From assembly GCF_048403405.1 (NCBI RefSeq), contig NZ_CP183129.1: a stretch of DNA of 64,000 nucleotides; one strand, given 5' to 3'. Position 1 is the first letter of the stretch. Every line of letters starts with the position of its first letter. Below the pieces are notes generated by a model. It was not told the origin of the DNA, did not search any database, and worked only from the letters and a program-made list of their open reading frames with translations. Of the stretch, positions 21,474 to 32,972 are shown piece by piece. This DNA comes from Escherichia coli. Its GTDB lineage: Bacteria > Pseudomonadota > Gammaproteobacteria > Enterobacterales > Enterobacteriaceae. Both the position numbers and the translations under genes were made by a program.

Positions 21474-22214
21474 ATGCTATATATCTTTCGTCTTATTATT
21501 ACCGTGATTTACAGCATCTTAGTCTGTGTATTCGGCTCCATTTACTGCCTTTTCAGCCCGCGTAACCCGAAACATGTGGCCACCTTTGGGCATATGTTTG
21601 GCCGTCTTGCGCCGCTTTTCGGCCTGAAAGTGGAGTGCCGCAAACCTGCAGACGCTGAAAGCTACGACGGCAATGCTATCTATATCGCTAACCACCAGAA
21701 CAACTATGACATGGTGACAGCATCGAACATTGTGCAACCGCCGACGGTGACGGTAGGTAAAAAGAGCTTGCTGTGGATCCCCTTCTTCGGGCAGTTGTAC
21801 TGGTTAACCGGCAACTTATTGATCGACAGAAACAATCGCACTAAAGCTCACGGCACTATTGCGGAAGTCGTGAATCATTTCAAAAAACGCCGTATTTCCA
21901 TCTGGATGTTCCCGGAAGGTACCCGCAGCCGTGGTCGCGGCCTGCTACCGTTCAAGACCGGGGCATTTCACGCGGCAATTGCGGCAGGCGTCCCGATTAT
22001 TCCCGTGTGCGTCTCTACAACTTCGAATAAGATTAATCTTAATCGGCTACACAACGGTCTGGTGATTGTCGAAATGCTGCCGCCAATTGATGTCAGTCAG
22101 TATGGCAAAGATCAGGTTCGCGAGTTGGCTGCCCATTGTCGTTCGATAATGGAACAAAAAATCGCTGATCTCGATAAAGAAGTCGCAGAGCGCGAAGCCG
22201 CCGGAAAAGTTTAA
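21474..22214 (+). CDS. plsC: 1-acyl-sn-glycerol-3-phosphate acyltransferase
   Basis: 246-codon ORF; acyltransferase motifs NHQNNYD and FPEGTR. Confidence 0.95.
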   Translation: MLYIFRLIITVIYSILVCVFGSIYCLFSPRNPKHVATFGHMFGRLAPLFGLKVECRKPADAESYDGNAIYIANHQNNYDMVTASNIVQPPTVTVGKKSLLWIPFFGQLYWLTGNLLIDRNNRTKAHGTIAEVVNHFKKRRISIWMFPEGTRSRGRGLLPFKTGAFHAAIAAGVPIIPVCVSTTSNKINLNRLHNGLVIVEMLPPIDVSQYGKDQVRELAAHCRSIMEQKIADLDKEVAEREAAGKV

Positions 22215-22288
22215 GTCGGCAATCTGTATTTTTGCGGGGAACACTTTCCTGCACGGTATTACTTTAGCCAGTTTTACATGGAGCAAAT

Positions 22289-23701
22289 ATGTCACTCAGT
22301 CGGCGTCAGTTCATTCAGGCATCGGGGATTGCACTTTGTGCAGGCGCTGTTCCCCTGAAGGCCAGCGCAGCCGGGCAACAGCAACCGCTACCCGTTCCGC
22401 CGCTGCTTGAATCTCGCCGTGGGCAACCGCTGTTTATGACTGTACAACGTGCGCACTGGTCATTTACGCCAGGGACACGCGCGTCGGTTTGGGGAATCAA
22501 TGGTCGTTACCTGGGGCCGACTATCCGCGTCTGGAAGGGCGACGATGTTAAGCTTATTTACAGCAACCGCCTGACAGAAAATGTCTCAATGACGGTGGCC
22601 GGGCTACAGGTACCAGGCCCGCTGATGGGCGGTCCGGCACGGATGATGTCGCCAAACGCTGACTGGGCACCCGTACTGCCTATTCGCCAGAACGCAGCTA
22701 CTCTGTGGTATCACGCCAATACTCCCAACCGCACGGCTCAGCAGGTCTATAACGGCCTTGCCGGAATGTGGCTGGTGGAAGATGAAGTCAGCAAGTCGCT
22801 GCCTATCCCCAACCATTATGGTGTGGATGATTTTCCGGTCATTATTCAGGATAAACGGCTGGATAACTTTGGTACGCCAGAATACAACGAACCGGGAAGC
22901 GGCGGCTTTGTTGGTGATACGCTGCTGGTTAACGGTGTACAAAGCCCGTACGTTGAAGTCTCGCGTGGCTGGGTGCGCTTGCGTCTGTTGAACGCGTCGA
23001 ACTCTCGTCGCTATCAACTACAGATGAGCGATGGTCGCCCGTTACATGTGATTTCTGGCGATCAGGGATTCCTGCCCGCTCCTGTATCGGTGAAGCAACT
23101 TTCGCTGGCACCGGGCGAGCGTCGTGAGATTCTGGTGGATATGAGCAACGGTGATGAAGTGTCGATCACCTGTGGCGAAGCGGCGAGCATTGTTGATCGT
23201 ATTCGTGGCTTCTTTGAGCCATCCAGCATTCTGGTTTCTACGCTGGTGCTAACGCTGCGCCCAACCGGCCTCCTTCCGCTGGTCACAGACAGTCTTCCGA
23301 TGCGCTTGCTGCCAACTGAAATCATGGCTGGTTCGCCGATTCGCAGTCGTGATATCAGTCTGGGTGATGACCCGGGTATTAATGGACAACTGTGGGACGT
23401 TAACCGTATTGATGTCACCGCGCAGCAAGGAACATGGGAACGCTGGACGGTACGCGCGGACGAGCCGCAAGCGTTCCATATTGAAGGCGTGATGTTCCAG
23501 ATCCGTAACGTGAATGGCGCGATGCCGTTCCCGGAAGACAGAGGCTGGAAAGATACCGTTTGGGTTGACGGACAAGTGGAGCTGCTGGTTTATTTCGGTC
23601 AGCCTTCCTGGGCGCACTTCCCGTTCTACTTCAACAGTCAGACGCTGGAAATGGCGGACCGTGGCTCGATAGGGCAACTGTTGGTCAATCCGGTACCGTA
23701 A
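22289..23701 (+). CDS. ftsP: Cell division protein FtsP (SufI), multicopper-oxidase-like Tat substrate
   Basis: 470 aa; twin-arginine signal SRRQFIQASG. Confidence 0.95.
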   Translation: MSLSRRQFIQASGIALCAGAVPLKASAAGQQQPLPVPPLLESRRGQPLFMTVQRAHWSFTPGTRASVWGINGRYLGPTIRVWKGDDVKLIYSNRLTENVSMTVAGLQVPGPLMGGPARMMSPNADWAPVLPIRQNAATLWYHANTPNRTAQQVYNGLAGMWLVEDEVSKSLPIPNHYGVDDFPVIIQDKRLDNFGTPEYNEPGSGGFVGDTLLVNGVQSPYVEVSRGWVRLRLLNASNSRRYQLQMSDGRPLHVISGDQGFLPAPVSVKQLSLAPGERREILVDMSNGDEVSITCGEAASIVDRIRGFFEPSSILVSTLVLTLRPTGLLPLVTDSLPMRLLPTEIMAGSPIRSRDISLGDDPGINGQLWDVNRIDVTAQQGTWERWTVRADEPQAFHIEGVMFQIRNVNGAMPFPEDRGWKDTVWVDGQVELLVYFGQPSWAHFPFYFNSQTLEMADRGSIGQLLVNPVP

Positions 23702-23706
23702 TCTTC

Positions 23707-23731
23707 ATACTCGCCCGAGGAGGGCGAGTAT
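23707..23731 (+). terminator. Hairpin downstream of ftsP
   Basis: 9-bp stem atactcgcc/ggcgagtat with a short loop; T-rich tail is weak. Confidence 0.45.
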
Positions 23732-23811
23732 GGAATACCTTTCGATTTCTCTTTCGTTCCGGCTTATAATCCCCGGCCTTTGATTATTTTTTTATCATTT
23801 CTGGAAGCAAA

Positions 23812-26031
23812 ATGAGCTCTATCTCCCTGATCCAACCGGATCGCGACCTGTTCTCCTGGCCGCAGTACTGGGCCGCCTGTTTTGGACCGGCACCGTTTTT
23901 GCCGATGTCTCGTGAAGAGATGGATCAACTTGGCTGGGATAGCTGCGACATCATTTTGGTTACTGGCGACGCGTATGTCGATCACCCAAGCTTCGGGATG
24001 GCGATTTGCGGTCGTATGCTGGAAGCGCAGGGCTTTCGTGTCGGGATCATTGCCCAACCGGACTGGAGCAGCAAAGACGACTTTATGCGTCTGGGTAAAC
24101 CGAATCTGTTTTTCGGTGTTACTGCTGGCAACATGGACTCGATGATCAACCGCTATACTGCCGATCGCCGTTTACGTCATGACGATGCCTACACGCCGGA
24201 TAACGTCGCGGGTAAGCGACCGGATCGCGCCACACTGGTTTATACCCAGCGTTGTAAAGAGGCGTGGAAAGATGTGCCGGTGATCCTCGGCGGTATTGAG
24301 GCCAGCCTGCGCCGTACCGCGCATTATGATTACTGGTCCGATACCGTGCGCCGTTCTGTGCTGGTGGATTCCAAAGCCGACATGCTGATGTTTGGTAACG
24401 GTGAGCGTCCGCTGGTGGAAGTGGCGCATCGTCTGGCGATGGGCGAGCCGATTAGTGAAATCCGCGATGTGCGTAATACCGCGATTATCGTAAAAGAGGC
24501 GTTGCCAGGCTGGAGCGGCGTGGATTCCACCCGTCTCGATACCCCAGGGAAAATCGACCCGATCCCGCATCCGTATGGCGAAGATCTGCCGTGCGCGGAT
24601 AACAAACCTGTTGCGCCGAAAAAGCAGGAAGCGAAAGCCGTAACCGTGCAGCCGCCGCGCCCGAAACCGTGGGAAAAAACCTACGTATTGCTGCCTTCTT
24701 TCGAGAAAGTGAAGGGCGATAAAGTGCTGTACGCCCATGCTTCGCGTATTCTGCACCACGAAACTAACCCAGGCTGCGCCCGCGCATTGATGCAAAAACA
24801 TGGCGACCGCTATGTGTGGATCAACCCGCCTGCTATTCCGCTCTCTACCGAAGAGATGGACAGCGTTTTTGCGCTGCCGTACAAGCGCGTGCCGCATCCG
24901 GCCTATGGCAATGCCCGTATTCCGGCTTACGAAATGATCCGTTTCTCGGTCAACATTATGCGCGGCTGCTTTGGCGGCTGCTCTTTCTGTTCTATCACCG
25001 AGCACGAAGGGCGCATTATTCAGAGCCGTTCGGAAGATTCGATCATCAATGAGATCGAAGCGATCCGCGACACCGTTCCAGGTTTTACGGGCGTAATTTC
25101 CGATCTCGGTGGGCCAACTGCCAACATGTATATGTTGCGCTGCAAATCGCCACGCGCTGAGCAAACCTGCCGTCGTTTGTCGTGCGTTTATCCGGATATT
25201 TGTCCGCATATGGACACTAACCACGAACCGACGATCAACCTCTATCGCCGTGCGCGCGATCTGAAAGGCATTAAAAAGATCTTGATCGCTTCCGGCGTAC
25301 GTTATGACATCGCCGTGGAAGATCCGCGCTATATCAAAGAGCTGGCGACCCATCACGTCGGCGGTTATCTGAAGATTGCCCCGGAACATACCGAAGAAGG
25401 GCCGTTGTCGAAGATGATGAAGCCGGGCATGGGCAGCTATGACCGCTTTAAAGAGTTGTTCGATACCTACTCGAAACAGGCAGGTAAAGAGCAGTATTTG
25501 ATCCCGTATTTCATCTCGGCACACCCCGGTACGCGCGATGAAGATATGGTGAATCTGGCGCTGTGGCTGAAAAAGCACCGCTTCCGCCTCGACCAGGTAC
25601 AGAACTTCTACCCGTCGCCGCTGGCTAACTCGACCACTATGTATTACACCGGCAAAAACCCGCTGGCGAAGATTGGTTATAAAAGTGAAGACGTCTTTGT
25701 ACCGAAGGGCGACAAGCAGCGTCGCCTGCATAAAGCGTTGTTGCGTTACCACGATCCGGCAAACTGGCCGTTAATCCGCCAGGCGCTGGAAGCGATGGGC
25801 AAAAAGCATCTGATTGGCAGCCGTCGCGATTGCTTAGTGCCTGCGCCAACCATTGAAGAGATGCGTGAGGCTCGTCGCCAGAACCGCAATACCCGTCCGG
25901 CGTTGACTAAACATACGCCGATGGCGACCCAGCGTCAGACGCCTGCTACGGCAAAAAAAGCGTCGTCTACGCAATCTCGTCCGGTGAATGCTGGTGCGAA
26001 GAAACGCCCTAAAGCGGCGGTTGGACGTTAA
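23812..26031 (+). CDS. ygiQ: Radical SAM protein YgiQ (UPF0313)
   Basis: 739 aa; CxxxCxxC motif CFGGCSFC; basic C-terminal tail. Confidence 0.92.
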   Translation: MSSISLIQPDRDLFSWPQYWAACFGPAPFLPMSREEMDQLGWDSCDIILVTGDAYVDHPSFGMAICGRMLEAQGFRVGIIAQPDWSSKDDFMRLGKPNLFFGVTAGNMDSMINRYTADRRLRHDDAYTPDNVAGKRPDRATLVYTQRCKEAWKDVPVILGGIEASLRRTAHYDYWSDTVRRSVLVDSKADMLMFGNGERPLVEVAHRLAMGEPISEIRDVRNTAIIVKEALPGWSGVDSTRLDTPGKIDPIPHPYGEDLPCADNKPVAPKKQEAKAVTVQPPRPKPWEKTYVLLPSFEKVKGDKVLYAHASRILHHETNPGCARALMQKHGDRYVWINPPAIPLSTEEMDSVFALPYKRVPHPAYGNARIPAYEMIRFSVNIMRGCFGGCSFCSITEHEGRIIQSRSEDSIINEIEAIRDTVPGFTGVISDLGGPTANMYMLRCKSPRAEQTCRRLSCVYPDICPHMDTNHEPTINLYRRARDLKGIKKILIASGVRYDIAVEDPRYIKELATHHVGGYLKIAPEHTEEGPLSKMMKPGMGSYDRFKELFDTYSKQAGKEQYLIPYFISAHPGTRDEDMVNLALWLKKHRFRLDQVQNFYPSPLANSTTMYYTGKNPLAKIGYKSEDVFVPKGDKQRRLHKALLRYHDPANWPLIRQALEAMGKKHLIGSRRDCLVPAPTIEEMREARRQNRNTRPALTKHTPMATQRQTPATAKKASSTQSRPVNAGAKKRPKAAVGR

Positions 26032-26032
26032 A

Positions 26033-26072
26033 AAATATCCCCGGTAACAGAATGCTGCCGGGGATATTTTTA
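26033..26072. terminator. Bidirectional intrinsic terminator between ygiQ and yqhH
   Basis: Perfect 12-bp stem aaatatccccgg/ccggggatattt followed by a T-run. Confidence 0.7.
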
Positions 26073-26330
26073 TCATTCTGCGTACATACGCAAGCAGCGC
26101 AGGCAATCAAAATAGTCCTGAGCATCAAGACGCGTATTGGCTCTGTTAGCGTCGGATTTGGCAGCATAGATTTGTGGGCGTAATGCTTTCATATCCTGCT
26201 CAAGCCGGGCGATTTTGGCATTTAATGTTTGCACATTGCTCGCCAGCTGATTGACCTTTTGCTCATTGACGCAGCCACTGAGCAAGCAGGTTGCCAGAAC
26301 AACAGCTCCCACGGTGAAAATCGTTTTCAT
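26073..26330 (-). CDS. yqhH: Small lipoprotein YqhH (Lpp-like coiled coil)
   Basis: 85 aa; lipobox LLSGC; synteny. Confidence 0.85.
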   Translation of the reverse strand: MKTIFTVGAVVLATCLLSGCVNEQKVNQLASNVQTLNAKIARLEQDMKALRPQIYAAKSDANRANTRLDAQDYFDCLRCLRMYAE

Positions 26331-26380
26331 ATAGTGTTCCCTTTTATTTATTGTTCCGGCTAATTGTTATTTAATTCAGC

Positions 26381-27307
26381 TCATTGTTTTAATCTGGCGG
26401 CGGTTTTTGCCTCAATCTGCTTAAGTAGGCTGCCGCTGTTCGGGCGGATAAAATCAGCGATTTCCCACTTACCTTCGCGCCGCTGTAAAATCAGTTCTTG
26501 CTCTTCGTTGTTGCCATTGGTCAGCGTAAAACGAACATGAATGCGGGCGGAATCGGTGGTTTTCTCCAGGACTCGAATTTCATCAACGCGGGAAAATAAC
26601 GACTCTTCGCCAAAACAGATCGGATTGTCGTAAATAAATTGCCGTTCTATTTGCATATCTTCATCGGGATTGTTGGCAGTCTTGAAGGTGGTTTTATAGA
26701 AGGCATTGACCGCCTGGCGGTAAGAGTCGGAAACCACCCACGTCCACGGCCAGCTATAATCAGCAATATGTTCAAAGAGTTCGGCAACAAAGGCTTCCGG
26801 CTGTTCTTTTTGCAACGAAGCTATAGCGGCCAGCGTTTTTTCATTCTCGCTATTAACTGCTTGTAAGACGCTGCCATGATTGCTGACAATATCGTCAATG
26901 ACCCAACGACCATTTTCCGCCACCATTTTCAGTGTCTGCATGGTCTTTTCTTTATCGTCTTTAAAGATACGAAAGCGCACAACGGCATCGGCATGATCGG
27001 CGTCAGGTTGTGTTATCGCTACGCTTTCTAACACCAGATCGCCAAAATCCTGACAATCACAAACCGGATCATAATCCAGCCAGCCAATATTGCCCGGTAG
27101 TGTAAGATTGTCGTTCAGCGTAAGCGCCTGTTGAATACGCGCAGAAGTTATCGCTCGCTCCCCGGTTTCACCAAAATAAGGCGTACTGGCATCTGATTTA
27201 TAGTTCTGATAAATCTGCCGGACTGTTTGTTCTACGGTCTGTGAAGGAGGCTGCGCCTGTACGGTAAAACTTGCCAGGGCTGCTAAAAACAGAAGTATTA
27301 TTTTCAT
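26381..27307 (-). CDS. yqhG: DUF3828 family periplasmic protein YqhG
   Basis: 308 aa with a signal peptide; synteny. Confidence 0.85.
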   Translation of the reverse strand: MKIILLFLAALASFTVQAQPPSQTVEQTVRQIYQNYKSDASTPYFGETGERAITSARIQQALTLNDNLTLPGNIGWLDYDPVCDCQDFGDLVLESVAITQPDADHADAVVRFRIFKDDKEKTMQTLKMVAENGRWVIDDIVSNHGSVLQAVNSENEKTLAAIASLQKEQPEAFVAELFEHIADYSWPWTWVVSDSYRQAVNAFYKTTFKTANNPDEDMQIERQFIYDNPICFGEESLFSRVDEIRVLEKTTDSARIHVRFTLTNGNNEEQELILQRREGKWEIADFIRPNSGSLLKQIEAKTAARLKQ

Positions 27308-27506
27308 CTGTTTTTCACCTCTCCGTTGCGTTTATCCCGGGTGTAGATGAATTGTTCCTTTAAGAGCTTCCGGCTCTGCATGATGATATCCTTATATTTG
27401 GCATTCCTGAACAAGGAAGAGTAACAATGGGCAGGACGCGAGGGGAATAAATGATTTCTGAAAAGTCCGGTAGCGGAACATTACCGCCACCGGGAGAATT
27501 TGCACG

Positions 27507-28334
27507 TTAGCCGCCAAACTGGTCAGGATCGGGACCGAGACGCTTGCCCTGATCGAGTTTTGCAATTTCGCCGAGTTCGTCTTTGTCGAGACGGAAATCC
27601 CAGACATCAAAGTTTTCGGCAATACGTGAAGGTGTGACCGATTTCGGGATCACCACCAGGCCGCTATCCAGATGCCAGCGGATAACAATCTGCGCCGGGG
27701 TTTTGCCGTATTTATCTGCCAGATCGCGAATGACTTTCTGATCGAAAACGCCTTTCCCTCCTTGCGCTAATGGGCTCCAGGATTCGGTCTGGATTTTGTG
27801 TGTCGCGTTCCAGGCATGTAGCTGGCGTTGTTGCATCAGCGGGTGAAGTTCGATCTGGTTTATCACAGGCGTCACGCCAGTTTCATCAATCAGGCGTTGC
27901 AAGTGATGGATCTGGAAGTTGCACACACCGATGCTTTTGATTAATCCCTCTTTTTGCAATTCGATCATGCCTTTCCATGCTTCGACATAATGGTCGATAG
28001 CGGGAACGGGCCAGTGCATTAAGTAGAGGTCGATATAATCAAGCTGGAGTTTTTTCAGGCTGTCGAGCAGGGCTTCGCGGGGGCGCTTGTGGTCGTCGTT
28101 CCACAGTTTAGTGGTGATGAACAGTTCTTCTCTGTTGACTGAGGCATTTTTCAGGGCTTTGCCGACACCTTCTTCGTTCTTATAGGCCGCGGCGGTATCA
28201 ATCGAGCGATAACCCACGTCTAACGCTTTTTGAATGGCGGTGATTACTTCCTCATTACTTGCTTGCCAGACGCCCAGTCCCAACTGGGGCATGACATTGC
28301 CATCCTGTAGCTTAATAACGGTTGGATTAGCCAT
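27507..28334 (-). CDS. dkgA: Aldo-keto reductase DkgA (2,5-diketo-D-gluconate / methylglyoxal reductase)
   Basis: 275 aa; aldo-keto reductase family sequence pattern; sits downstream of yqhD. Confidence 0.93.
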   Translation of the reverse strand: MANPTVIKLQDGNVMPQLGLGVWQASNEEVITAIQKALDVGYRSIDTAAAYKNEEGVGKALKNASVNREELFITTKLWNDDHKRPREALLDSLKKLQLDYIDLYLMHWPVPAIDHYVEAWKGMIELQKEGLIKSIGVCNFQIHHLQRLIDETGVTPVINQIELHPLMQQRQLHAWNATHKIQTESWSPLAQGGKGVFDQKVIRDLADKYGKTPAQIVIRWHLDSGLVVIPKSVTPSRIAENFDVWDFRLDKDELGEIAKLDQGKRLGPDPDQFGG

Positions 28335-28438
28335 ACGTTCCTCCTTTATATGAACTCACCGGAGCAGGCTCCGGTGAGGTGTTGTGAACTTAAGTCTGGA
28401 CGAAATGCCCGAAAACGAAAGTTTGAGGCGTAAAAAGC

Positions 28439-29602
28439 TTAGCGGGCGGCTTCGTATATACGGCGGCTGACATCCAGCGTAATGTCATGATTTTCGCCCA
28501 GTTGGGTCATACCGTGCTCTTCCAGTTTTTTCAACAAAGCCGGGATGGAGCTGCCGTCCAGACCGTAGTCGGAGAGGTGGGTCGGCACGCCTAATTGCTC
28601 AAAGAAATTGCGGGTTGCGGCAATCGCGGCGTCAATACGCTCATCGTCGGAACCTTCTGTGATGTTCCAGACGCGTTCAGCATATTGCAGCAGCTTAGCG
28701 CGCTTGGTATCGCGTTTTTCATTCCACAGTGCAGGCAGGACGATAGCCAGTGTTTGTGCGTGATCCAGACCGTGCATCGCAGTCAGTTCGTGGCCTAGCA
28801 TATGCGTTGCCCAGTCCTGCGGTACGCCAGCGCCAATCAAACCGTTCAGCGCCTGAGTCGCCGCCCACATAACGTTGGCGCGCACATCGTAGTTTTCTGG
28901 CTCTTTCAGGGCTTTCGGACCATCTTCGATCAGCGTCAACAAAATGCCTTCTGCGAAACGGTCCTGAATTTTGGCATCAACCGGTTTGGTAACATACTGT
29001 TCCACGGTGTGCACAAAGGCATCCACTACACCGTTAGCCACCTGACGCGGCGGCAGAGTGTAGGTATAAACCGGATCGAGCACGGCAAATACGGGTTGAA
29101 CATGGGCAGAATGGAATGCCTGCTTGTCGCCTGTGGTTTTACGGGAGATCACCGCGCCTGCGTTGGATTCTGAACCGGTTGCTGGCAGCGTCAGCACACA
29201 GCCCATCGGGATGGCGCTTTTAATTTCTTTACCGCCCGTTTGTAGAATGTGCCACGGATCGATATTTTCCGGATAATTAGCCGCTGCGGCGATAAATTTG
29301 GTGCCGTCCAGTACAGAACCGCCGCCAACCGCCAGCAGGAAAGTCACTTTTTGTTCGCGAACCAGTTTCACGGCGTTCATCAGCGTTTCATAAGCCGGGT
29401 TTGGCTCAATACCGCCAAATTCCAGCACGTCCATGCCTTTCAGGGCATCCAGAACTTGATCGAGAACGCCGGTTTTTTTCACGCTGCCGCCGCCGTAGGT
29501 AATCAATACGCGAGCATCGTGAGGAATTTGTTCGCGTAAACCAGCGATTGCGCCTTTACCAAAAAGAATGCGGGTTGGGGTGTGCAGATTAAAGTTGTTC
29601 AT
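28439..29602 (-). CDS. yqhD: NADPH-dependent aldehyde reductase YqhD (iron-containing alcohol dehydrogenase family)
   Basis: Start set at MNNFNLHTP, giving 387 aa; the tracked ORF carries 8 extra N-terminal codons. Confidence 0.93.
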   Translation of the reverse strand: MNNFNLHTPTRILFGKGAIAGLREQIPHDARVLITYGGGSVKKTGVLDQVLDALKGMDVLEFGGIEPNPAYETLMNAVKLVREQKVTFLLAVGGGSVLDGTKFIAAAANYPENIDPWHILQTGGKEIKSAIPMGCVLTLPATGSESNAGAVISRKTTGDKQAFHSAHVQPVFAVLDPVYTYTLPPRQVANGVVDAFVHTVEQYVTKPVDAKIQDRFAEGILLTLIEDGPKALKEPENYDVRANVMWAATQALNGLIGAGVPQDWATHMLGHELTAMHGLDHAQTLAIVLPALWNEKRDTKRAKLLQYAERVWNITEGSDDERIDAAIAATRNFFEQLGVPTHLSDYGLDGSSIPALLKKLEEHGMTQLGENHDITLDVSRRIYEAAR

Positions 29603-29738
29603 TACTTGCTCCCTTTGCTGGGTCAATATGAGGGCAGAGAACGATCTGCCTGATGTTTTTCATTGTGATCGCCAGCGCCCTGGCTCTCAATGCTCATTTC
29701 TGCCAATGTCTTGCCTATTTCTCCAGAGTGCTGGAGAA

Positions 29739-30695
29739 ATGCTACAAAATTGCGCACAATCAAATTGCCGCATTATTCCTAAGAAATTACGCGATATGAA
29801 ACGTGAAGAGATTTGCCGCTTGCTGGCGGATAAAGTTAATACACTGAAAAATAAAGAAAATGGTTTGTCAGAGCTGTTGCCCGATGTGCGTTTGTTGTAT
29901 GGCGAGACGCCTTTCGCACGTACACCGGTAATGTACGAGCCTGGCATCATAATTCTCTTTTCCGGGCATAAAATCGGTTATATCAATGAACGCGTGTTTC
30001 GTTATGATGCCAATGAATACCTGCTGCTGACGGTGCCGTTGCCGTTTGAGTGCGAAACCTATGCCACGTCAGAGGTGCCGCTGGCAGGGTTGCGTCTCAA
30101 TGTCGATATTTTGCAGTTACAGGAACTGTTGATGGACATTGGCGAAGATGAGCATTTCCAGCCGTCGATGGCAGCCAGCGGGATTAACTCTGCCACGTTA
30201 TCAGAAGAGATTTTATGCGCGGCGGAGCGGTTACTCGACGTGATGGAGCGACCGCTGGATGCGCGTATTCTCGGCAAACAGATCATCCGCGAAATTCTGT
30301 ACTACGTGCTGACCGGACCTTGCGGCGGTGCGTTACTGGCGCTGGTCAGTCGCCAGACTCACTTCAGCCTGATTAGCCGCGTGCTGAAACGGATTGAGAA
30401 TAAATACACCGAAAACCTGAGCGTCGAGCAACTGGCGGCAGAAGCCAACATGAGCGTATCGGCGTTCCACCATAATTTTAAGTCTGTCACTAGCACCTCG
30501 CCGTTGCAGTATTTGAAGAATTACCGTCTGCATAAGGCGCGGATGATGATCATCCACGACGGCATGAAAGCCAGCGCGGCGGCGATGCGCGTCGGCTATG
30601 AAAGCGCATCGCAATTTAGCCGTGAGTTTAAACGTTACTTCGGTGTGACGCCGGGGGAAGATGCGGCAAGAATGCGGGCGATGCAGGGGAATTAA
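29739..30695 (+). CDS. yqhC: AraC-family transcriptional activator YqhC
   Basis: Start set at the ATG at 29739 with a GGAG ribosome-binding site, giving 318 aa; C-terminal AraC-type helix-turn-helix; divergent from yqhD. Confidence 0.9.
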   Translation: MLQNCAQSNCRIIPKKLRDMKREEICRLLADKVNTLKNKENGLSELLPDVRLLYGETPFARTPVMYEPGIIILFSGHKIGYINERVFRYDANEYLLLTVPLPFECETYATSEVPLAGLRLNVDILQLQELLMDIGEDEHFQPSMAASGINSATLSEEILCAAERLLDVMERPLDARILGKQIIREILYYVLTGPCGGALLALVSRQTHFSLISRVLKRIENKYTENLSVEQLAAEANMSVSAFHHNFKSVTSTSPLQYLKNYRLHKARMMIIHDGMKASAAAMRVGYESASQFSREFKRYFGVTPGEDAARMRAMQGN

Positions 30696-30734
30696 ATACG
30701 TTCCCGGTACAGCAACCGGGAACGGGGAAAATCG

Positions 30735-31394
30735 TCAGGCGTTACAGTATTTTTTTTTAATCACCACAAACAGCGTGCCTAACAAGCCAGCGGTTAACAA
30801 GGCAATTGGCAGGATCATCAGGATCGTCATTACCTGATCTTCATGGCGTTTAACGAACGGAATCATACTTAAGGCATAGCCGAAACTGGTTACCACGCTG
30901 ACCCACAGCAATCCGCTTAACCAGTTGAAAAACTGGAAACGGCGGTTTGGCAAACCGGAAATTCCTGCCATGGTTGGCAGCAGCGTACGGACAAATGCAA
31001 GAAAACGTCCAGCCAGCAGCGCCAGCAGACCGTGGCGGTCAAACATGCAGGTGGCGCGCTGGTGATATTTAGCAGGAAGCTGTGCCAGCCAGCCTTTCAC
31101 CGTTTTGGTATTCCCTAACCAGCGCCCCTGAATATAACTTAACCAGCAGCCCAGACTTGCTGCGGCGGTCAGAATCGCAATCGTAGGCAGAAAATCCATA
31201 ACCCCTTGGGCAATCAATGCGCCAGCCAATATCAACAAGCTGTCGCCTGGCAAAAATGAGGCGGGCAGCAGGCCGTTTTCTAAAAACAGCGTGGCAAACA
31301 TGACAAAGTAAACAACGCTAACAATATGAGGATCCGCCAGCGCGGCAAAGTCGTGTTGCCAGAGCGCAGCGATGATATCTTGAATAACAGCCAT
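30735..31394 (-). CDS. yghB: DedA-family inner-membrane protein YghB
   Basis: 219 aa membrane protein; synteny next to metC. Confidence 0.9.
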   Translation of the reverse strand: MAVIQDIIAALWQHDFAALADPHIVSVVYFVMFATLFLENGLLPASFLPGDSLLILAGALIAQGVMDFLPTIAILTAAASLGCWLSYIQGRWLGNTKTVKGWLAQLPAKYHQRATCMFDRHGLLALLAGRFLAFVRTLLPTMAGISGLPNRRFQFFNWLSGLLWVSVVTSFGYALSMIPFVKRHEDQVMTILMILPIALLTAGLLGTLFVVIKKKYCNA

Positions 31395-31533
31395 GGACTT
31401 TCCTGTGGAACAGCGTTTAAGCCTTTATCTGCCTATTGTACTCCTGATTCGTCCGGGACGCCTTGATCCCGGACGCAACAATTTAAGACTTTTCACAATA
31501 AAATGTCTGCAAAATTGTCCAAAAGTGGCAATG

Positions 31534-32721
31534 TTATACAATTCGCGCAAAACCGGCGTCCAGATCGGCAATCAGATCGTCGACATCTTCCAGACCAATA
31601 TGCAGGCGAATCAAGGTCCCGCTAAAATCGATCTCGCCTTGCGGGCGAATGGCGGCGATATGTTCTGGTTGATTTGCCAGGATCAACGATTCATAACCGC
31701 CCCACGAGTAGGCCATGCTGAATAAACTGAAGTTATCCAGATAGTTCGCCAGCTCTTCATCATTGAGCTTTTTCTTAAGCACAAAGGAAAATAGCCCGCT
31801 GCTACCTGTAAAGTCTCGTTTCCAGAATTCGTGGCCTTTACTGCCAGGCAGAGCAGGGTGGTTAACTCGCGCTACTTGCGGATGTTCTGCCAGCCATTTG
31901 GCCACTTTCAGACTGCTTTCATGATGTTGACGCAAACGCACACCTAATGTGCGCAGGCCACGGCTGGTTATATAGGCGGTATCGGCATCGACCATCTGGC
32001 CCATCAGGTAGGCATTCTCCCGTAGTTGCTCCCAGCAACGGGCATTGCACACCGCAGTGCCAATCATCGCATCTGAATGCCCAACCAGATATTTGGTGGC
32101 GGCCTGAATAGAAACATCGATGCCAAAATCCAGCGCCTTAAACAGCACACCGGCTGCCCAGGTGTTGTCGATCATAATGATGGCATCCGGCACCACACTG
32201 CGTACGGCGGCAACAATCGCCGGAACGTCGTGGACTTCCATGGTGATGGATCCTGGGGATTCCAGAAATACGATTTTGGTGTTTGGCTGTAGATACTTAA
32301 CGATATCGGCACCAATCAGCGGATCAAACCATGATGTCGTTACGCCCAGTTTGCTGAGGATTTTGCTACAGAAATCCTGACTCGGTTCATAGGCGGTGTT
32401 GGTCATCAACACATGATCGCCCTGTTCGACAAAAGCAAGAATAGAATTAGCAACCGCCGCCGCCCCGCAGGGGAACAGCACGCAGCCTGCGCCACCTTCC
32501 AGTTCGCACATCGCCTCTTGTAAGGAGAAATGGGTTAACGTTCCGCGCCGTCCATAAAACAACTCGCCATTGGCGCGATTGCGCGTCGCGTGTTTTTTGG
32601 CTTCCACACTGTCAAAGACCAGCGAAGAAGCGCGCTGAATCACGCTATTTACCGCGCCGAGAGTGTATTTTTTGCTGCGTCCTGCATTCACCAGTTGAGT
32701 ATCAAGCTTTTTGTCCGCCAT
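31534..32721 (-). CDS. metC: Cystathionine beta-lyase
   Basis: Start set at [11 protein letters not shown], giving 395 aa; PLP-dependent Cys/Met-metabolism family; the tracked ORF is N-terminally extended. Confidence 0.95.
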   Translation of the reverse strand: MADKKLDTQLVNAGRSKKYTLGAVNSVIQRASSLVFDSVEAKKHATRNRANGELFYGRRGTLTHFSLQEAMCELEGGAGCVLFPCGAAAVANSILAFVEQGDHVLMTNTAYEPSQDFCSKILSKLGVTTSWFDPLIGADIVKYLQPNTKIVFLESPGSITMEVHDVPAIVAAVRSVVPDAIIMIDNTWAAGVLFKALDFGIDVSIQAATKYLVGHSDAMIGTAVCNARCWEQLRENAYLMGQMVDADTAYITSRGLRTLGVRLRQHHESSLKVAKWLAEHPQVARVNHPALPGSKGHEFWKRDFTGSSGLFSFVLKKKLNDEELANYLDNFSLFSMAYSWGGYESLILANQPEHIAAIRPQGEIDFSGTLIRLHIGLEDVDDLIADLDAGFARIV

Positions 32722-32972
32722 CTCGGGATTCCTGTTTTTATACGTCTGGATGTCTAAACTAGCATGAATATTCGCGGGCGCATCCTGAAGAATTGGCATA
32801 AAGCAGAAAATTTTCGCAAATGGCGTGCTGGTGACTTTTTTACTGCGTAAACGCAAGGAAAAGAAAGCAAAGGTACGGCAGTATGCAAATAGTAATGAGA
32901 ACGACTATCAATTCGACGTCGTTTTGATATTATTATGCGCAGATTTTGTGACTTGCGTCCTGGAGATACACA

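Noticed and set aside
24172-25752. 526 aa ORF on the minus strand inside ygiQ
   Set aside because: Entirely antisense to a well-supported 739 aa gene; long open antisense frames are expected in GC-rich coding sequence; no ribosome-binding site or family signature
28355-28378. 10-bp perfect hairpin (ctcaccggag/ctccggtgag) between yqhD and dkgA
   Set aside because: Lies on the transcribed strand between two co-oriented genes without a U-tract; probably an attenuating or stabilising stem in a yqhD-dkgA transcript, but it cannot be classed as a terminator or regulatory site from sequence alone
32888-32906. Possible Fur box upstream of exbB (aaatagtaatgagaacgac)
   Set aside because: Only a partial match to the Fur consensus by eye; exbB is known to be iron-regulated, but I could not place the site confidently without a position-weight-matrix scan
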